Source of the DNA: Chloroflexota bacterium | Lineage (GTDB): Bacteria > Chloroflexota > UBA11872 > VXOZ01 | Assembly (NCBI GenBank): GCA_963662335.2 | Contig: CAXXVD010000002.1 | Location: 640,001 to 704,000, forward strand | Length of the DNA: 64,000 nt | Direction of reading: 5' to 3' | Part shown: piece by piece, positions 38,628-47,621 of the stretch | How the letters are laid out: each line of letters starts with the position of its first letter | How positions within the stretch are numbered: position 1 is the first letter of the stretch | Made by a program: the position numbers and the translations under genes | The notes under the pieces: generated by a model | Told to the model about the DNA's origin: nothing | Databases searched by the model: none | The model's input: only the letters and a program-made list of their open reading frames with translations

Positions 38628-41600
38628 ATGGCCGCATCCAAACTCATCACCGCCGTTGAGACCTACTTTGCCGCGCTGCGGCAGGTGCGCGCTTCCGGCG
38701 GGGCTACCGACGAGCGCTCGCTCTATCCGCCGCTGGCCGCATTGTTGGACGCTGTCGGCGCCACGCTCAAGCCTAAGATCTTTTGCGTGAGCGACATGAC
38801 CGACCAAGGGGCCGGGCATCCCGATTTTGGTCTCTATGTGAAAAAGCGGTCGTCCGGCTCACGTTCGTCAGCGGCCCCGAAACCCAACGGCAGCGACGTG
38901 CCCGAACGCGGCGTGGTCGAAGTCAAGCCCCTGCACGACGACGCCTGGCTCACCGCCGCCAGCGACCAGGTCAGCCGCTACTGGCAGCGCTACCGCCTGG
39001 TGCTGGTCACCAACTGCCGCGACTTCGTGCTGCTGGGCGAGGACGCGCAGGGCCGTCCCGCCAAATTGGAGACCTTCCGGCTGGCGGCGGACGCCGACGA
39101 ATTCACGCAAAAGCTGCAAAAGCCCCGCGCCTTTGCCCGTGACGTGGGCGCCGGACTGGGCGAATACCTCTGCCGGGCGCTTGCGCACCGGGCGGCGCTG
39201 GCCGAGCCGCGCGACCTCGCGTGGCTGCTGGCCTCCTACGCCCGCGACGGCCTGGCGCGGGTTGAGGCGGCCGGTGACGCGCCATCTCTGACGGCGGTGC
39301 GCGAGGCGCTTGAGGAGGCGCTGGGCGTCCGCTTCGAGGGCAATAGAGGCGCGGCCTTCTTCCGTTCCACGCTGGTGCAGACGCTCTTCTACGGCGTCTT
39401 TTCCGCCTGGGTGCTCTGGTCGCGGGCACTGCCGCCGCCGGTGGGCGCGTTCGATTGGCGCACCGCCGTCTGGCACCTGCGCGCGCCGGTGTTGCGGGCG
39501 CTCTTCCAGCAGCTTTCCGATCCCGGCCGCCTGCAACCGCTGGGCCTCGTCGAGGTGCTGGACTGGACCGCCGCCGCGCTCGACCGGGTAGACCGGCAGA
39601 CGTTTTTCACCCGCTTCAGCGAGGGCGAGGCCGTGCCCTACTTCTACGAGCCGTTCCTGGAAGCCTTCGATCCCGCCCTGCGCAAGCAACTGGGCGTCTG
39701 GTACACGCCCGCCGAGGTGGTGCGCTACATGGTGGCGCGGGTGGATAAGGCGCTCAAGGACGACCTGGGCATCAGCGACGGCCTGGCGGCGGAAAACGTC
39801 TACGTGCTGGATCCCTGCTGCGGCACCGGCGCGTTTCTGGCGGAAACGCTGCGGCGCATCGCCGAGAACCTCCGGAGCCGCGGTCTGGGCGCGCTGGCGG
39901 GCGTGAAAGTGAAGGAAGCGGCCAAGGCGCGGGTCTTCGGTTTCGAGATCATGCCCGCGCCGTTCGTGGTCGCCCATCTCCAGGTTGGCCTGACCCTGCA
40001 AGCCCTGGACGCGCCCCTGGCGGACGACGCGCCGGGACTCGCAGGCGCGGACGACCAGGAGCGTCCCGGCATCTTCCTCACCAACGCCCTCACCGGCTGG
40101 GAACCCAAGACCCAGAAGCCGCTGCCGTTTCCCGAGTTGGAGCAGGAGCGCGAGCGCGCCGAACGGGTGAAGCGCGACGCGCCGATCCTGGTGGTGCTGG
40201 GCAATCCGCCCTACAACGGCTTCGCCGGCATGGCTGTGGACGAGGAGCGGGAACTCTCCACCGCCTACCGCGCCGCCAAGCGCGTGCGCCGCCCGGAAGG
40301 CCAGGGGCTGAACGACCTCTACGTCCGCTTCTTCCGCATGGCCGAACGCCGCATCGCCGAGAAAACCGGCCAGGGCGTCGTCTGCTTCATCTCCAACTAC
40401 TCCTGGCTCGACGGCCTCTCCTTCACCGGCATGAGAGAACGCTACCTGGAGGCGTTCGACGCCATCCGCATCGACAATCTGCACGGCGACCGCATCATTT
40501 CGGAATATGCGCCCGACGGACGCACCAGCGAAACGGTCTTCTCTATTAGAGGAAAGTCGCCAGGCATCAAGATTGGCACGAGCATCACGTTGCTAACCAA
40601 GAGACCTGGCTCGAAACCGAAAGGAAAGCACATCCTGTACCGCGACTTTGACCAAGCGCGCGCGGACGAAAGAAGGCAGGCGCTGCTGGACAGCCTGAAT
40701 GCCCCCACGATGGATTCAGGATACGCCAACTTGGAACCCGATCTGCGGCTTGGCTTGCCGTTCAAGCCAATGGCGGTGAGTGATGATTGGTTCGACTGGC
40801 CTGCGCTAATTGACCTGTTCCCTACTTCTTATCCGGGAGTCAAAACCAGCCGTGACTCATTTCTCGTTGACATCGATCTCGACCGGCTGAGGGCGCGTGT
40901 AGCGGATTACTTCGACGCGGAACTGGGCCATGAGGAAATTGCGCGGCTCTATCCAGGCGTGATGCGCAGTACGGCGGGATTCAATGCTCACGCTGTCCGC
41001 AATGCGCTACTTGACCGCGGCGGGCCACTTGCAAGCGGATTCATCCGCTACGCCTACCGCCCCTTCGACACCCGCTGGCTTTACTGCGAAACGGAAAGCA
41101 GGTTGCTGGATCGGCCACGCTCAGAGTTCGGCCCGCATGTGTTCGAGGGGAACGTGTGGTTTGAAGCGAGAGAAAGAGAAGCACAGGAAGAGTTTTCGCG
41201 TGGAACACTGATTCGAAATCTTGCAGACAACTTTGGAAACGGACTTTCTAGTTTCTTCCCCGCTTGGCTCCGCGAAACCGGCCTCGGAGCCGACGAGTCT
41301 AGCGTACAACGTGTCCCCAATCTTTCACCTGCCGCACAGCGCTACCTTCAGCGGCTCAACTTGGGTGTGGAAGGCCTTTTCTACCATGTGCTCGCCGTGC
41401 TCCACGACCCCGCCTACCGCGCGGCCAACGCCGGCGCCCTGCGCATGGAGTGGCCGCGCATCCCCCTGCCCGGTTGGCCCGAACTCAGCGCAGCCGACCC
41501 CGCCGTCACTCCGGCGAAAGCCGGAATCCAGGAGCCTGCGGACACCGCACAACCGGACACTTCCGCCGTAGCCTCCGTCGTTCCCGTGAAAACGGGAACC

Positions 41601-42137
41601 CATCCCTCCGAAGCGGCGCAAACCCTCGCGGCCTCCGCCGCTCGCGGCCGCCAACTGGCCGCGCTCCTCGACTCCGACACCCCCGTGCCCGGCGTCACCA
41701 CCGGCGACCTACGGCCCGAAATCAGCGCCATCGCCGTACCCGCCACCACCGGCAACCGCAACATGACCGCCGCCGACTTCGCCCTCACCGCCGGCTGGGG
41801 CCACTTCGGCAGCGCCCAAGCCGTCATGCCCGGCCAAGGCAAAGCCACCGAACGCCCCTACACCCCCGCCGAGCGCGAGGCCCTCGGCAACTCCGTCACT
41901 ATCCTCGGCGAGACCACCTACGACATCCACCTCAACGACCGCGCCTACTGGCAAAACGTCCCCGCCAACGTCTGGCGCTACAAACTCGGCGGCTACCAAG
42001 TCCTCAAGAAATGGCTTTCCTACCGCGAACAACCCGTCCTAGGCCGCCCCCTGAAGCCGGAAGAAGTGCAACACTTCACCGACACCGCCCGCCGGATTGC
42101 CGCTATACTAGACTTAGCAAGTTCTGACGTTTTGTAA
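38628..42137 (+). CDS. Single-chain restriction-modification enzyme (type IIG / type ISP-like, no helicase)
   Basis: N-terminal PD...EVK...Q..RY nuclease, GVWYTP, VLDPCCGTG, LGNPPY, LNDLY, C-terminal VWRYKLGGYQVLKKWLSYR. Confidence 0.92.
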   Translation: MAASKLITAVETYFAALRQVRASGGATDERSLYPPLAALLDAVGATLKPKIFCVSDMTDQGAGHPDFGLYVKKRSSGSRSSAAPKPNGSDVPERGVVEVKPLHDDAWLTAASDQVSRYWQRYRLVLVTNCRDFVLLGEDAQGRPAKLETFRLAADADEFTQKLQKPRAFARDVGAGLGEYLCRALAHRAALAEPRDLAWLLASYARDGLARVEAAGDAPSLTAVREALEEALGVRFEGNRGAAFFRSTLVQTLFYGVFSAWVLWSRALPPPVGAFDWRTAVWHLRAPVLRALFQQLSDPGRLQPLGLVEVLDWTAAALDRVDRQTFFTRFSEGEAVPYFYEPFLEAFDPALRKQLGVWYTPAEVVRYMVARVDKALKDDLGISDGLAAENVYVLDPCCGTGAFLAETLRRIAENLRSRGLGALAGVKVKEAAKARVFGFEIMPAPFVVAHLQVGLTLQALDAPLADDAPGLAGADDQERPGIFLTNALTGWEPKTQKPLPFPELEQERERAERVKRDAPILVVLGNPPYNGFAGMAVDEERELSTAYRAAKRVRRPEGQGLNDLYVRFFRMAERRIAEKTGQGVVCFISNYSWLDGLSFTGMRERYLEAFDAIRIDNLHGDRIISEYAPDGRTSETVFSIRGKSPGIKIGTSITLLTKRPGSKPKGKHILYRDFDQARADERRQALLDSLNAPTMDSGYANLEPDLRLGLPFKPMAVSDDWFDWPALIDLFPTSYPGVKTSRDSFLVDIDLDRLRARVADYFDAELGHEEIARLYPGVMRSTAGFNAHAVRNALLDRGGPLASGFIRYAYRPFDTRWLYCETESRLLDRPRSEFGPHVFEGNVWFEAREREAQEEFSRGTLIRNLADNFGNGLSSFFPAWLRETGLGADESSVQRVPNLSPAAQRYLQRLNLGVEGLFYHVLAVLHDPAYRAANAGALRMEWPRIPLPGWPELSAADPAVTPAKAGIQEPADTAQPDTSAVASVVPVKTGTHPSEAAQTLAASAARGRQLAALLDSDTPVPGVTTGDLRPEISAIAVPATTGNRNMTAADFALTAGWGHFGSAQAVMPGQGKATERPYTPAEREALGNSVTILGETTYDIHLNDRAYWQNVPANVWRYKLGGYQVLKKWLSYREQPVLGRPLKPEEVQHFTDTARRIAAILDLASSDVL
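41505..41602 (+). repeat. Two family C palindromes (GTCAYTCCGGCGAAAGCCGGAATCCA type) in frame inside the RM gene
   Basis: 41505-41530 differs by 1 of 26 nt from the reverse complement of intergenic 51977-52002; other copies at 52054-52122 and 54789-54858. Confidence 0.85.
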
Positions 42138-42161
42138 GACGGCATATATGGATGCTAGCCA

Positions 42162-42620
42162 ATGAGAAGCTCTGACAAACTCGCGGTATTCTTTTTGATC
42201 GGTCTATCAATCCTGTTGATGTGCTTTCTTGTGTACGCCGCAATTGAACGCACGCTGACCCCAGTTGAGATCATTGCGCTACAGATCATTACACTCTTGG
42301 CAGGAGTCGGAGGATCGTATCTCTTTGGCCGACAATCGGCTCGTGATGCCGGCAGAGAGATGATTGAACCACACGCGCGCTCCGCATTTCGGCGTCTCAC
42401 TTCTCTGTATGAGGGTCTATCGCGCGTGGCAAGGGTCATAGAGGAACCCGATGTTGATGCGGTGAAGTTAAAGGTAGTCAAGGCAATCGTGGCCGAACAG
42501 ATTTCCACGGCCAATGATGCGCTTGCAGATTGGGAAGACGTGGTGCCAGAGTCTGTGGCAGAGTTGACGAGAAAGTTCCGTCGTGCGCCTGAAGAGCGGG
42601 AGGAGCTTAGAAATGGCTGA
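42162..42620 (+). CDS. Hypothetical protein, two N-terminal TM helices plus helical domain
   Basis: Lower-GC ORF starting 24 nt after the RM stop. Confidence 0.8.
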   Translation: MRSSDKLAVFFLIGLSILLMCFLVYAAIERTLTPVEIIALQIITLLAGVGGSYLFGRQSARDAGREMIEPHARSAFRRLTSLYEGLSRVARVIEEPDVDAVKLKVVKAIVAEQISTANDALADWEDVVPESVAELTRKFRRAPEEREELRNG

Positions 42621-43077
42621 GATGATTCGCGGGAAAGTTGCGCGCGTCCTCAATTCGCGGGAAGCCGCATTGAACGTGGGGTCCAATGAAGGCGTTTGGA
42701 AAGGCATGCTCTTTGACATACTTGATCCGGCGGGTGACGTAATTAAGGATCCTGACACAGGAGAGTCGTTAGGGTCTATCGAACGTCCAAAAGTGAGAGT
42801 AAAGGTCACGAGAGTACAGGAGAGACTGTCTCTAGTATGTACATACAAGACTGAAAGAGTGAACTTAGGCGGAGTTGGCCCGCCACCACCTTCAGATTAT
42901 TCCTTACTGCTTATGCCACCCAAGTGGGTAACTAAGTACGAGACGCTCAAGACGGAAGAGAAGACCTGGGAAGACCTCGACGAAGAAGCTAGCTACGTGA
43001 AGGTGGGCGACCCGGTGATCCAGGTGCAGCAAGCTGAAGAGGAAGTAGAGGAAGAGATGGAACTGAGCGCTACTTGA
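42613..43077 (+). CDS. Hypothetical beta-rich protein (FlgT C-terminal-like)
   Basis: GGAG RBS; overlaps the upstream stop; LNVGSNEGV...IKDPDTGESLG pattern. Confidence 0.8.
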   Translation: MAEMIRGKVARVLNSREAALNVGSNEGVWKGMLFDILDPAGDVIKDPDTGESLGSIERPKVRVKVTRVQERLSLVCTYKTERVNLGGVGPPPPSDYSLLLMPPKWVTKYETLKTEEKTWEDLDEEASYVKVGDPVIQVQQAEEEVEEEMELSAT

Positions 43078-43137
43078 CACCACACAGAGCGCCTGCAAGA
43101 CTGCCACTTTCGAACCACTTGGACTATAGTGTTGCCC

Positions 43138-43345
43138 CCTTCGGCGCCAGCCAGGCAGCCTTCGACGTGCTCGGCAATCGCCACGCCGCCAAGTACGGTT
43201 CTCCTACTGCGAACACACAATCCTCAACTGCCCCTTCAGAACGGTAGTCGTGCAACACTTCACCGACACCGTCAGGCGCATCGGGGCTATACTAGAGATG
43301 GGTTGTTCAACGGACTCTTACAAGCTCACAAAGAAACAAGGCTAG
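43138..43345 (+). pseudogene. Degenerate duplicate of the RM gene 3' end
   Basis: 43250-43271 is identical to 42066-42087 (22 bp); reads SYCEHTILNCPFRTVVVQHFTDTVRRIGAIL versus SYREQPVLGRPLKPEEVQHFTDTARRIAAIL. Confidence 0.85.
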
Positions 43346-43349
43346 AACT

Positions 43350-44177
43350 ATGCGCGTTTTCATCAGTCACTGCAGTCTCGACGAAGAGGTGACTGAAGTC
43401 CTTGTCGATCTTCTTCGACAGGCATTGAATCTGAGAAGTGAAGACATACGATGTACTAGCCTTGACGGTTACCGCCTGCCTGGTGGTGCAATTACGAGCG
43501 AGGCCCTTCGGAAAGAGGTGAACGAAGCGGCTTTGGTCATCGGGCTAATAACCCCCAATTCTATCAAGTCGGCCTACGTACTCTTTGAGCTAGGCGCGCG
43601 CTGGGGCATGGAGAAAGATATGATTCCTCTACTTGCTTCCGGCACGAAACCAGAAAACCTGGAAGGACCGCTTAAGGACATCAATGCGCTGGACTGTTCC
43701 GAAGATGGCCAGGTCCATCAGTTGATAGAAGATGCGGCGAAGTATCTGAAGTGCCAACCAGATTCTGCGAGTTCGTATTCAAGTCCAATTAAGAAGCTAA
43801 TGGGCGCATCATCAAAGGTCTTGCACAGCGGAATGCACGTCGTTACCAATAGCGAAGATCAATTGGCCCAGTCACCATCGACTAATCCTGAGGTTCCAGC
43901 ACTCACGGAGGAAGCTAAGCTTCTATTGATCAAAGCCTCCAATGACAGGCACGGAAGAATTCTAAAAGTTACGACCCAAGGCGGTACGCGAGTCTCTACT
44001 GATGGAGAAGAGTTCACGGATGGCAGCCCTCGCTCAGAAGCCTTATGGGAAGGGGCACTTGCGCAACTCGTTGAATACAGTCTTATTGAAGATACGGGGA
44101 GTGGACAGGTGTTCAAATTGACACACGAAGGGTACACTGCCGCTGACAAGATTAAGGCAGCCGGGAGCCCTGACTGA
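43350..44177 (+). CDS. TIR domain protein with C-terminal winged-helix-like domain
   Basis: RVFISH, S..SAYVLFELGA (catalytic Glu position), IPLL. Confidence 0.9.
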   Translation: MRVFISHCSLDEEVTEVLVDLLRQALNLRSEDIRCTSLDGYRLPGGAITSEALRKEVNEAALVIGLITPNSIKSAYVLFELGARWGMEKDMIPLLASGTKPENLEGPLKDINALDCSEDGQVHQLIEDAAKYLKCQPDSASSYSSPIKKLMGASSKVLHSGMHVVTNSEDQLAQSPSTNPEVPALTEEAKLLLIKASNDRHGRILKVTTQGGTRVSTDGEEFTDGSPRSEALWEGALAQLVEYSLIEDTGSGQVFKLTHEGYTAADKIKAAGSPD

Positions 44178-44328
44178 TGCTGTCTCCGCGTTGCTACCCA
44201 TGTTAGTTGGCAGTTTGGACCTGTATTGCGAAACGTTATTGCGCATCCGTGCTGTCCCAAAGGCGTGTAAAGAGGATGGTGAGCATTACGATGGTGTACG
44301 TACAGGTAGTGCTTGCATAGAGGTGAAG

Positions 44329-44544
44329 ATGGAAACTTACGAGTTTGTGGGCATCATCGTGACGATAGTGATATCGGCGCTGGGCCTGGTGTGGCGCTTC
44401 GAGACCCGAATTTCGGGCGTTGAGAACCGGCTTGAGAACCGTATCTCTGATGTTGAAAACCGCTTGGGCGAGCGCATATCTCGCATCGAAGGGCTGCTGG
44501 AGGGCTACTTCATGCAGGCGCGGGATACACGAGAGCCGGACTAG
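44329..44544 (+). CDS. Small TM plus coiled-coil protein
   Basis: GAGGTG RBS; internal repeat RISGVENRL/RISDVENRL. Confidence 0.75.
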   Translation: METYEFVGIIVTIVISALGLVWRFETRISGVENRLENRISDVENRLGERISRIEGLLEGYFMQARDTREPD

Positions 44545-44626
44545 GGCGAACGCCGACAGTCGTCTGCGCTAGGCGCGAGAACGACAGCTTTAGTGAGGAA
44601 CTGCTTCAATAGGAAGTGCCAGAACT

Positions 44627-44658
44627 TGATTAAGCACCGCCCCGGCGGTGCTTAATCA
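44627..44658. terminator. 15-bp perfect hairpin between convergent genes
   Basis: TGATTAAGCACCGCC-CC-GGCGGTGCTTAATCA. Confidence 0.6.
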
Positions 44659-44790
44659 CTTTGCGGCAGTAAAAAAGCGATCCTTGAGCGAAATGACACG
44701 ACCATCGGCGTCATCGATGCGCACGACCTTGTAGGAGCGCCTCAGCAGGTCATCGAGGGGCGTCGCCGATAGGGTCTTAGGGCGACCCAA
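44656..44790 (-). pseudogene. 3' remnant of a paralogue of the 45326-45607 gene
   Basis: RRSYKVVRIDDADGRVISLKDR* versus RHYKVFRISDVDERVKSIKDR. Confidence 0.75.
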
Positions 44791-44859
44791 GGGACTACGC
44801 CCAATCTAACTCCCCCCTATTGAAGAATGGCGGCATAGTGGCAAGGACATATTCTTGGT

Positions 44860-45315
44860 TCAGAATTCTCGCAGGCTGTTGAAGTTTACCGCCGCAGCGG
44901 GCTCTTTGCTTGCCGCTTGTCGGTATAGGTCGAGGTCCACGGTAAGCAGTGGAGCCTCTGGCGAAACGACTTCCAGGAGAGCGGCGTCAGTGATTCCTAG
45001 TCGCCTGAACGCCGGGTTCTTGGCGGCAACAGTAGCTGCGACAGCCACTTCCTTGCTTCCATGGATTAAATGCTGTAGTTGGGCGATTAGGCGGGAGCGT
45101 TCCGGGTCTTTGTGCTGCGCGAGCAGATTAGAGGTCTCAGTGAGCGTGTGGGGTGTCACGAATACCTGCTCGACGCCAGCCACTAAGCGGGCTAGCGTGT
45201 CGTAGTCTCTTGCTGTGAATCGGCGCAATCGCTTGTGTTTGGCGATTATGTCTTTACCAGACCTGCCAACGATGAGAAGCAATAGAAGGTTCGAATCGAC
45301 GAATAGACCTGCCAT
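44860..45315 (-). CDS. PIN domain protein
   Basis: FVDSNLL, LTETSN, GITDAAL, LLTVD. Confidence 0.88.
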   Translation of the reverse strand: MAGLFVDSNLLLLLIVGRSGKDIIAKHKRLRRFTARDYDTLARLVAGVEQVFVTPHTLTETSNLLAQHKDPERSRLIAQLQHLIHGSKEVAVAATVAAKNPAFRRLGITDAALLEVVSPEAPLLTVDLDLYRQAASKEPAAAVNFNSLREF

Positions 45316-45325
45316 TTGCCTTTGG

Positions 45326-45607
45326 TCACTCTGCGGGATCCAGGGGACGATCCTTGATAGACTTTACGCGTTCATCGACATCGCTGATGCGAAAGACTTT
45401 GTAATGCCGATCTTCTGGCGGCTTGCCGCCAAGTGCTGGGGGTATTGGGCTTGTTTCCCAGGACCGCGCGAAACTGATGGTGATTATCCACTCCTCGTAC
45501 TCGTCATCGAAATCGACCTCCTCAAGGCCGACGTAGCTGATCGGTTCGCCAGTGAAGAGTTCCAAGAGATGCTGTTTCGCTGAATTCACCGCTTCTCTAA
45601 CGTCCAC
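45326..45607 (-). CDS. Small partner protein upstream of the PIN gene (putative antitoxin)
   Basis: AAGGAGG RBS before GTG at 45607; LEEVDFD..W.ITISF; 10-nt gap to the PIN gene. Confidence 0.8.
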   Translation of the reverse strand: MDVREAVNSAKQHLLELFTGEPISYVGLEEVDFDDEYEEWIITISFARSWETSPIPPALGGKPPEDRHYKVFRISDVDERVKSIKDRPLDPAE

Positions 45608-46087
45608 TTTGGCCTCCTTCATGTTGTTCACATAAGGCCATTATAGCGTCATATGCCAAGTAGTAGGAACAGTGAAGCACAGTGGCCGGACTCCTGCTCA
45701 TGCGCATCCGGTCTGCGTAGGGATGTCACTTCCTCTTTGGCGGCGGCGGCTTGGTTGCATGCCTGGGTTTGGGCGGGTTGGCAGCGTCGCCTGCCTTAGT
45801 CGACTTTGGGGGCTTGCAATTGGACTTGCCGCGTCTACTTGGCGCGAGGTTTGGTTCTTTAGTCATCGTCTAGTCCCCGCTCCTACCACGGTTCAATGGC
45901 AATCCTCAATGTCGTTAGTAAAGGCACTTCCATTCAATGCTTCTCTCCATGCCATTCGTGCTTGGCTGCCGTAACCGAATGCAGTATAGCAAGCTACCGG
46001 CGCCTTCGAGACACTTTGCGATGGTTCACTTAAGCGCAAAAGCACGCTGGACGCAGCGTGCGTGGGTGCGTGCTCTTGCGTTTTCTA

Positions 46088-46162
46088 TGGTGGCGGGGGT
46101 GAGAATCGAACTCACAACCTAGGGCTTATGAGTCCCCCGCTCTACCATTGAGCTACCCCGCC
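46088..46162 (-). tRNA. tRNA-Met (CAT), probably elongator
   Basis: GGCGGGGTAGCTCAATGGTAGAGC...CTCATAA...GTTCGATTC...CCCCGCCACCA. Confidence 0.92.
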
Positions 46163-46217
46163 GGGTTGTGCGTCTACCGGGCCAGCCGGTGGGGACTCGG
46201 CGGCTGGCATTGACAAG

Positions 46218-46290
46218 TGGGCCCACCTGGATTCGAACCAGGGACCTTCTCCTTATGAGGGAGCAGCTCTAACCGCTGAGCTATGGGCCC
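46218..46290 (-). tRNA. tRNA with CAT anticodon, probably tRNA-Ile2
   Basis: GGGCCCATAGCTCAGCGGTTAGAGC...CTCATAA...GTTCGAATCC...TGGGCCCA; Ile-like acceptor stem. Confidence 0.88.
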
Positions 46291-46621
46291 GTGCCGCGCG
46301 GCGCCGCCACGCGACTCTCTTGCATTATACGGAGCGATTGCCGCCAGCGTCAATTGGGCCGGCGGCGGGCGCGGCCTTTGCCAGACCCGCTGCCACGCGC
46401 CTACGCCCGGCGCAGCGCGCGTGGTACCATGCTGCCAAGCGTTCGGCCCTTGCCGCCGGTTGTGTTTACCGTGAGCGCTCAGTCCACTCCATCACTCAAG
46501 AGGGCGGACCGGAAGGCCCCGCGGCGACGCGAAACGAAGAGGCGGGGGACAAGCCCCCGCGCTACAGCACTTTAGATGCATCGCACAATCCGCGTGAATT
46601 GCAATAGAGGGAGACGTCTCG

Positions 46622-47578
46622 ATGGCACGATTCCTTACCGAAGCGCACGTGCGGCAACTTTTGTCCATGGACGAAGCATTGGCGCAGGTGGAGTCCTGCT
46701 TTCGCGCGTTGGGCGCGGGGCAGGCGCGCAACCAACCGCGCCGCCGCCTGCGGTTGCCGGGGGGCATGTTGCACGTGATGTTCGCCGGGGATCGGGAACT
46801 GGGCGTCTTTGGGCAGAAGGCGTACACCACCACGCCGGGCGGCGCGCGCTTTCTGGTAACGCTCTACAGCGCGGCGGACGGGCGGCCGCTGGCGGTGCTG
46901 GAGGCCGGTCTGCTGGGCGCGATTCGCACCGGCGCCGCCAGCGGCATTGCCACGAAATACCTGGCGCGCCCAGACGCCGCAGTGCTGGGCGTGCTGGGCA
47001 CGGGACTCCAAGCGCCGACGCAGATGCAGGCGGTGTGCGCCGTGCGGCCCATTACGGAGGCGCTGGTCTACAGCCGCAACCCTGAGCGGCGCGCGGCGTT
47101 CGCGCGGGAGATGACGGAATTGCTCGGCATTCCGGTGGCAGCGGCGAGCAGCGCGCAGGAGGCGGCGGAGTCCGCCGACGTGGTGGCGGCGATTACGAGC
47201 AGCAAGCGGCCCGTCTTGGCCGGCGCGTGGCTCAAGCCCGGCGCGCACCTGAACGCCGCCGGCAACAACATGCTGGTGGAGCGCGAGGTGGATACGGATG
47301 TCTTCCGGCGCGCCTGGCTCGTCACGACCGATTCGCTGGAGGGGGCGAAGATCGAGTGCGGCGACCTGCTGGCTGCGGTGGACGTTGGCATCGTGCAATG
47401 GGAAGACGTGATTGAAATCGGCCAGGTGGCGGCGGGACGGCATCCGGTCGCGCACCGTCCGGCCGACGCGATCACGGTCTACGAATCCCAGGGTATCGCC
47501 GCGGAAGACCTCTACGCCGCCGTGCACGTGCTGCGCAAGGCCGAGGCGGCGGGGATTGGCGAGGAATTGCCGTTCTAG
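46622..47578 (+). CDS. Ornithine cyclodeaminase/mu-crystallin family protein
   Basis: RTGAASG, GTGLQA, SQGIAAED. Confidence 0.93.
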   Translation: MARFLTEAHVRQLLSMDEALAQVESCFRALGAGQARNQPRRRLRLPGGMLHVMFAGDRELGVFGQKAYTTTPGGARFLVTLYSAADGRPLAVLEAGLLGAIRTGAASGIATKYLARPDAAVLGVLGTGLQAPTQMQAVCAVRPITEALVYSRNPERRAAFAREMTELLGIPVAAASSAQEAAESADVVAAITSSKRPVLAGAWLKPGAHLNAAGNNMLVEREVDTDVFRRAWLVTTDSLEGAKIECGDLLAAVDVGIVQWEDVIEIGQVAAGRHPVAHRPADAITVYESQGIAAEDLYAAVHVLRKAEAAGIGEELPF

Positions 47579-47621
47579 CGCGGAATGAATTTGGGCGTGC
47601 TGCCGGAGAGCGCAATCGTTT

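Noticed and set aside
42137-46080. Integron cassette array or tRNA-integrated element
   Set aside because: No attC structures, no integrase, and no duplicated tRNA 3' end found by eye.
46494-46540. SAM-I riboswitch-like start (TCAAGAGGGCGGA...GGCCC)
   Set aside because: It lacks the GCAACC/GTGC core and runs into a REP.
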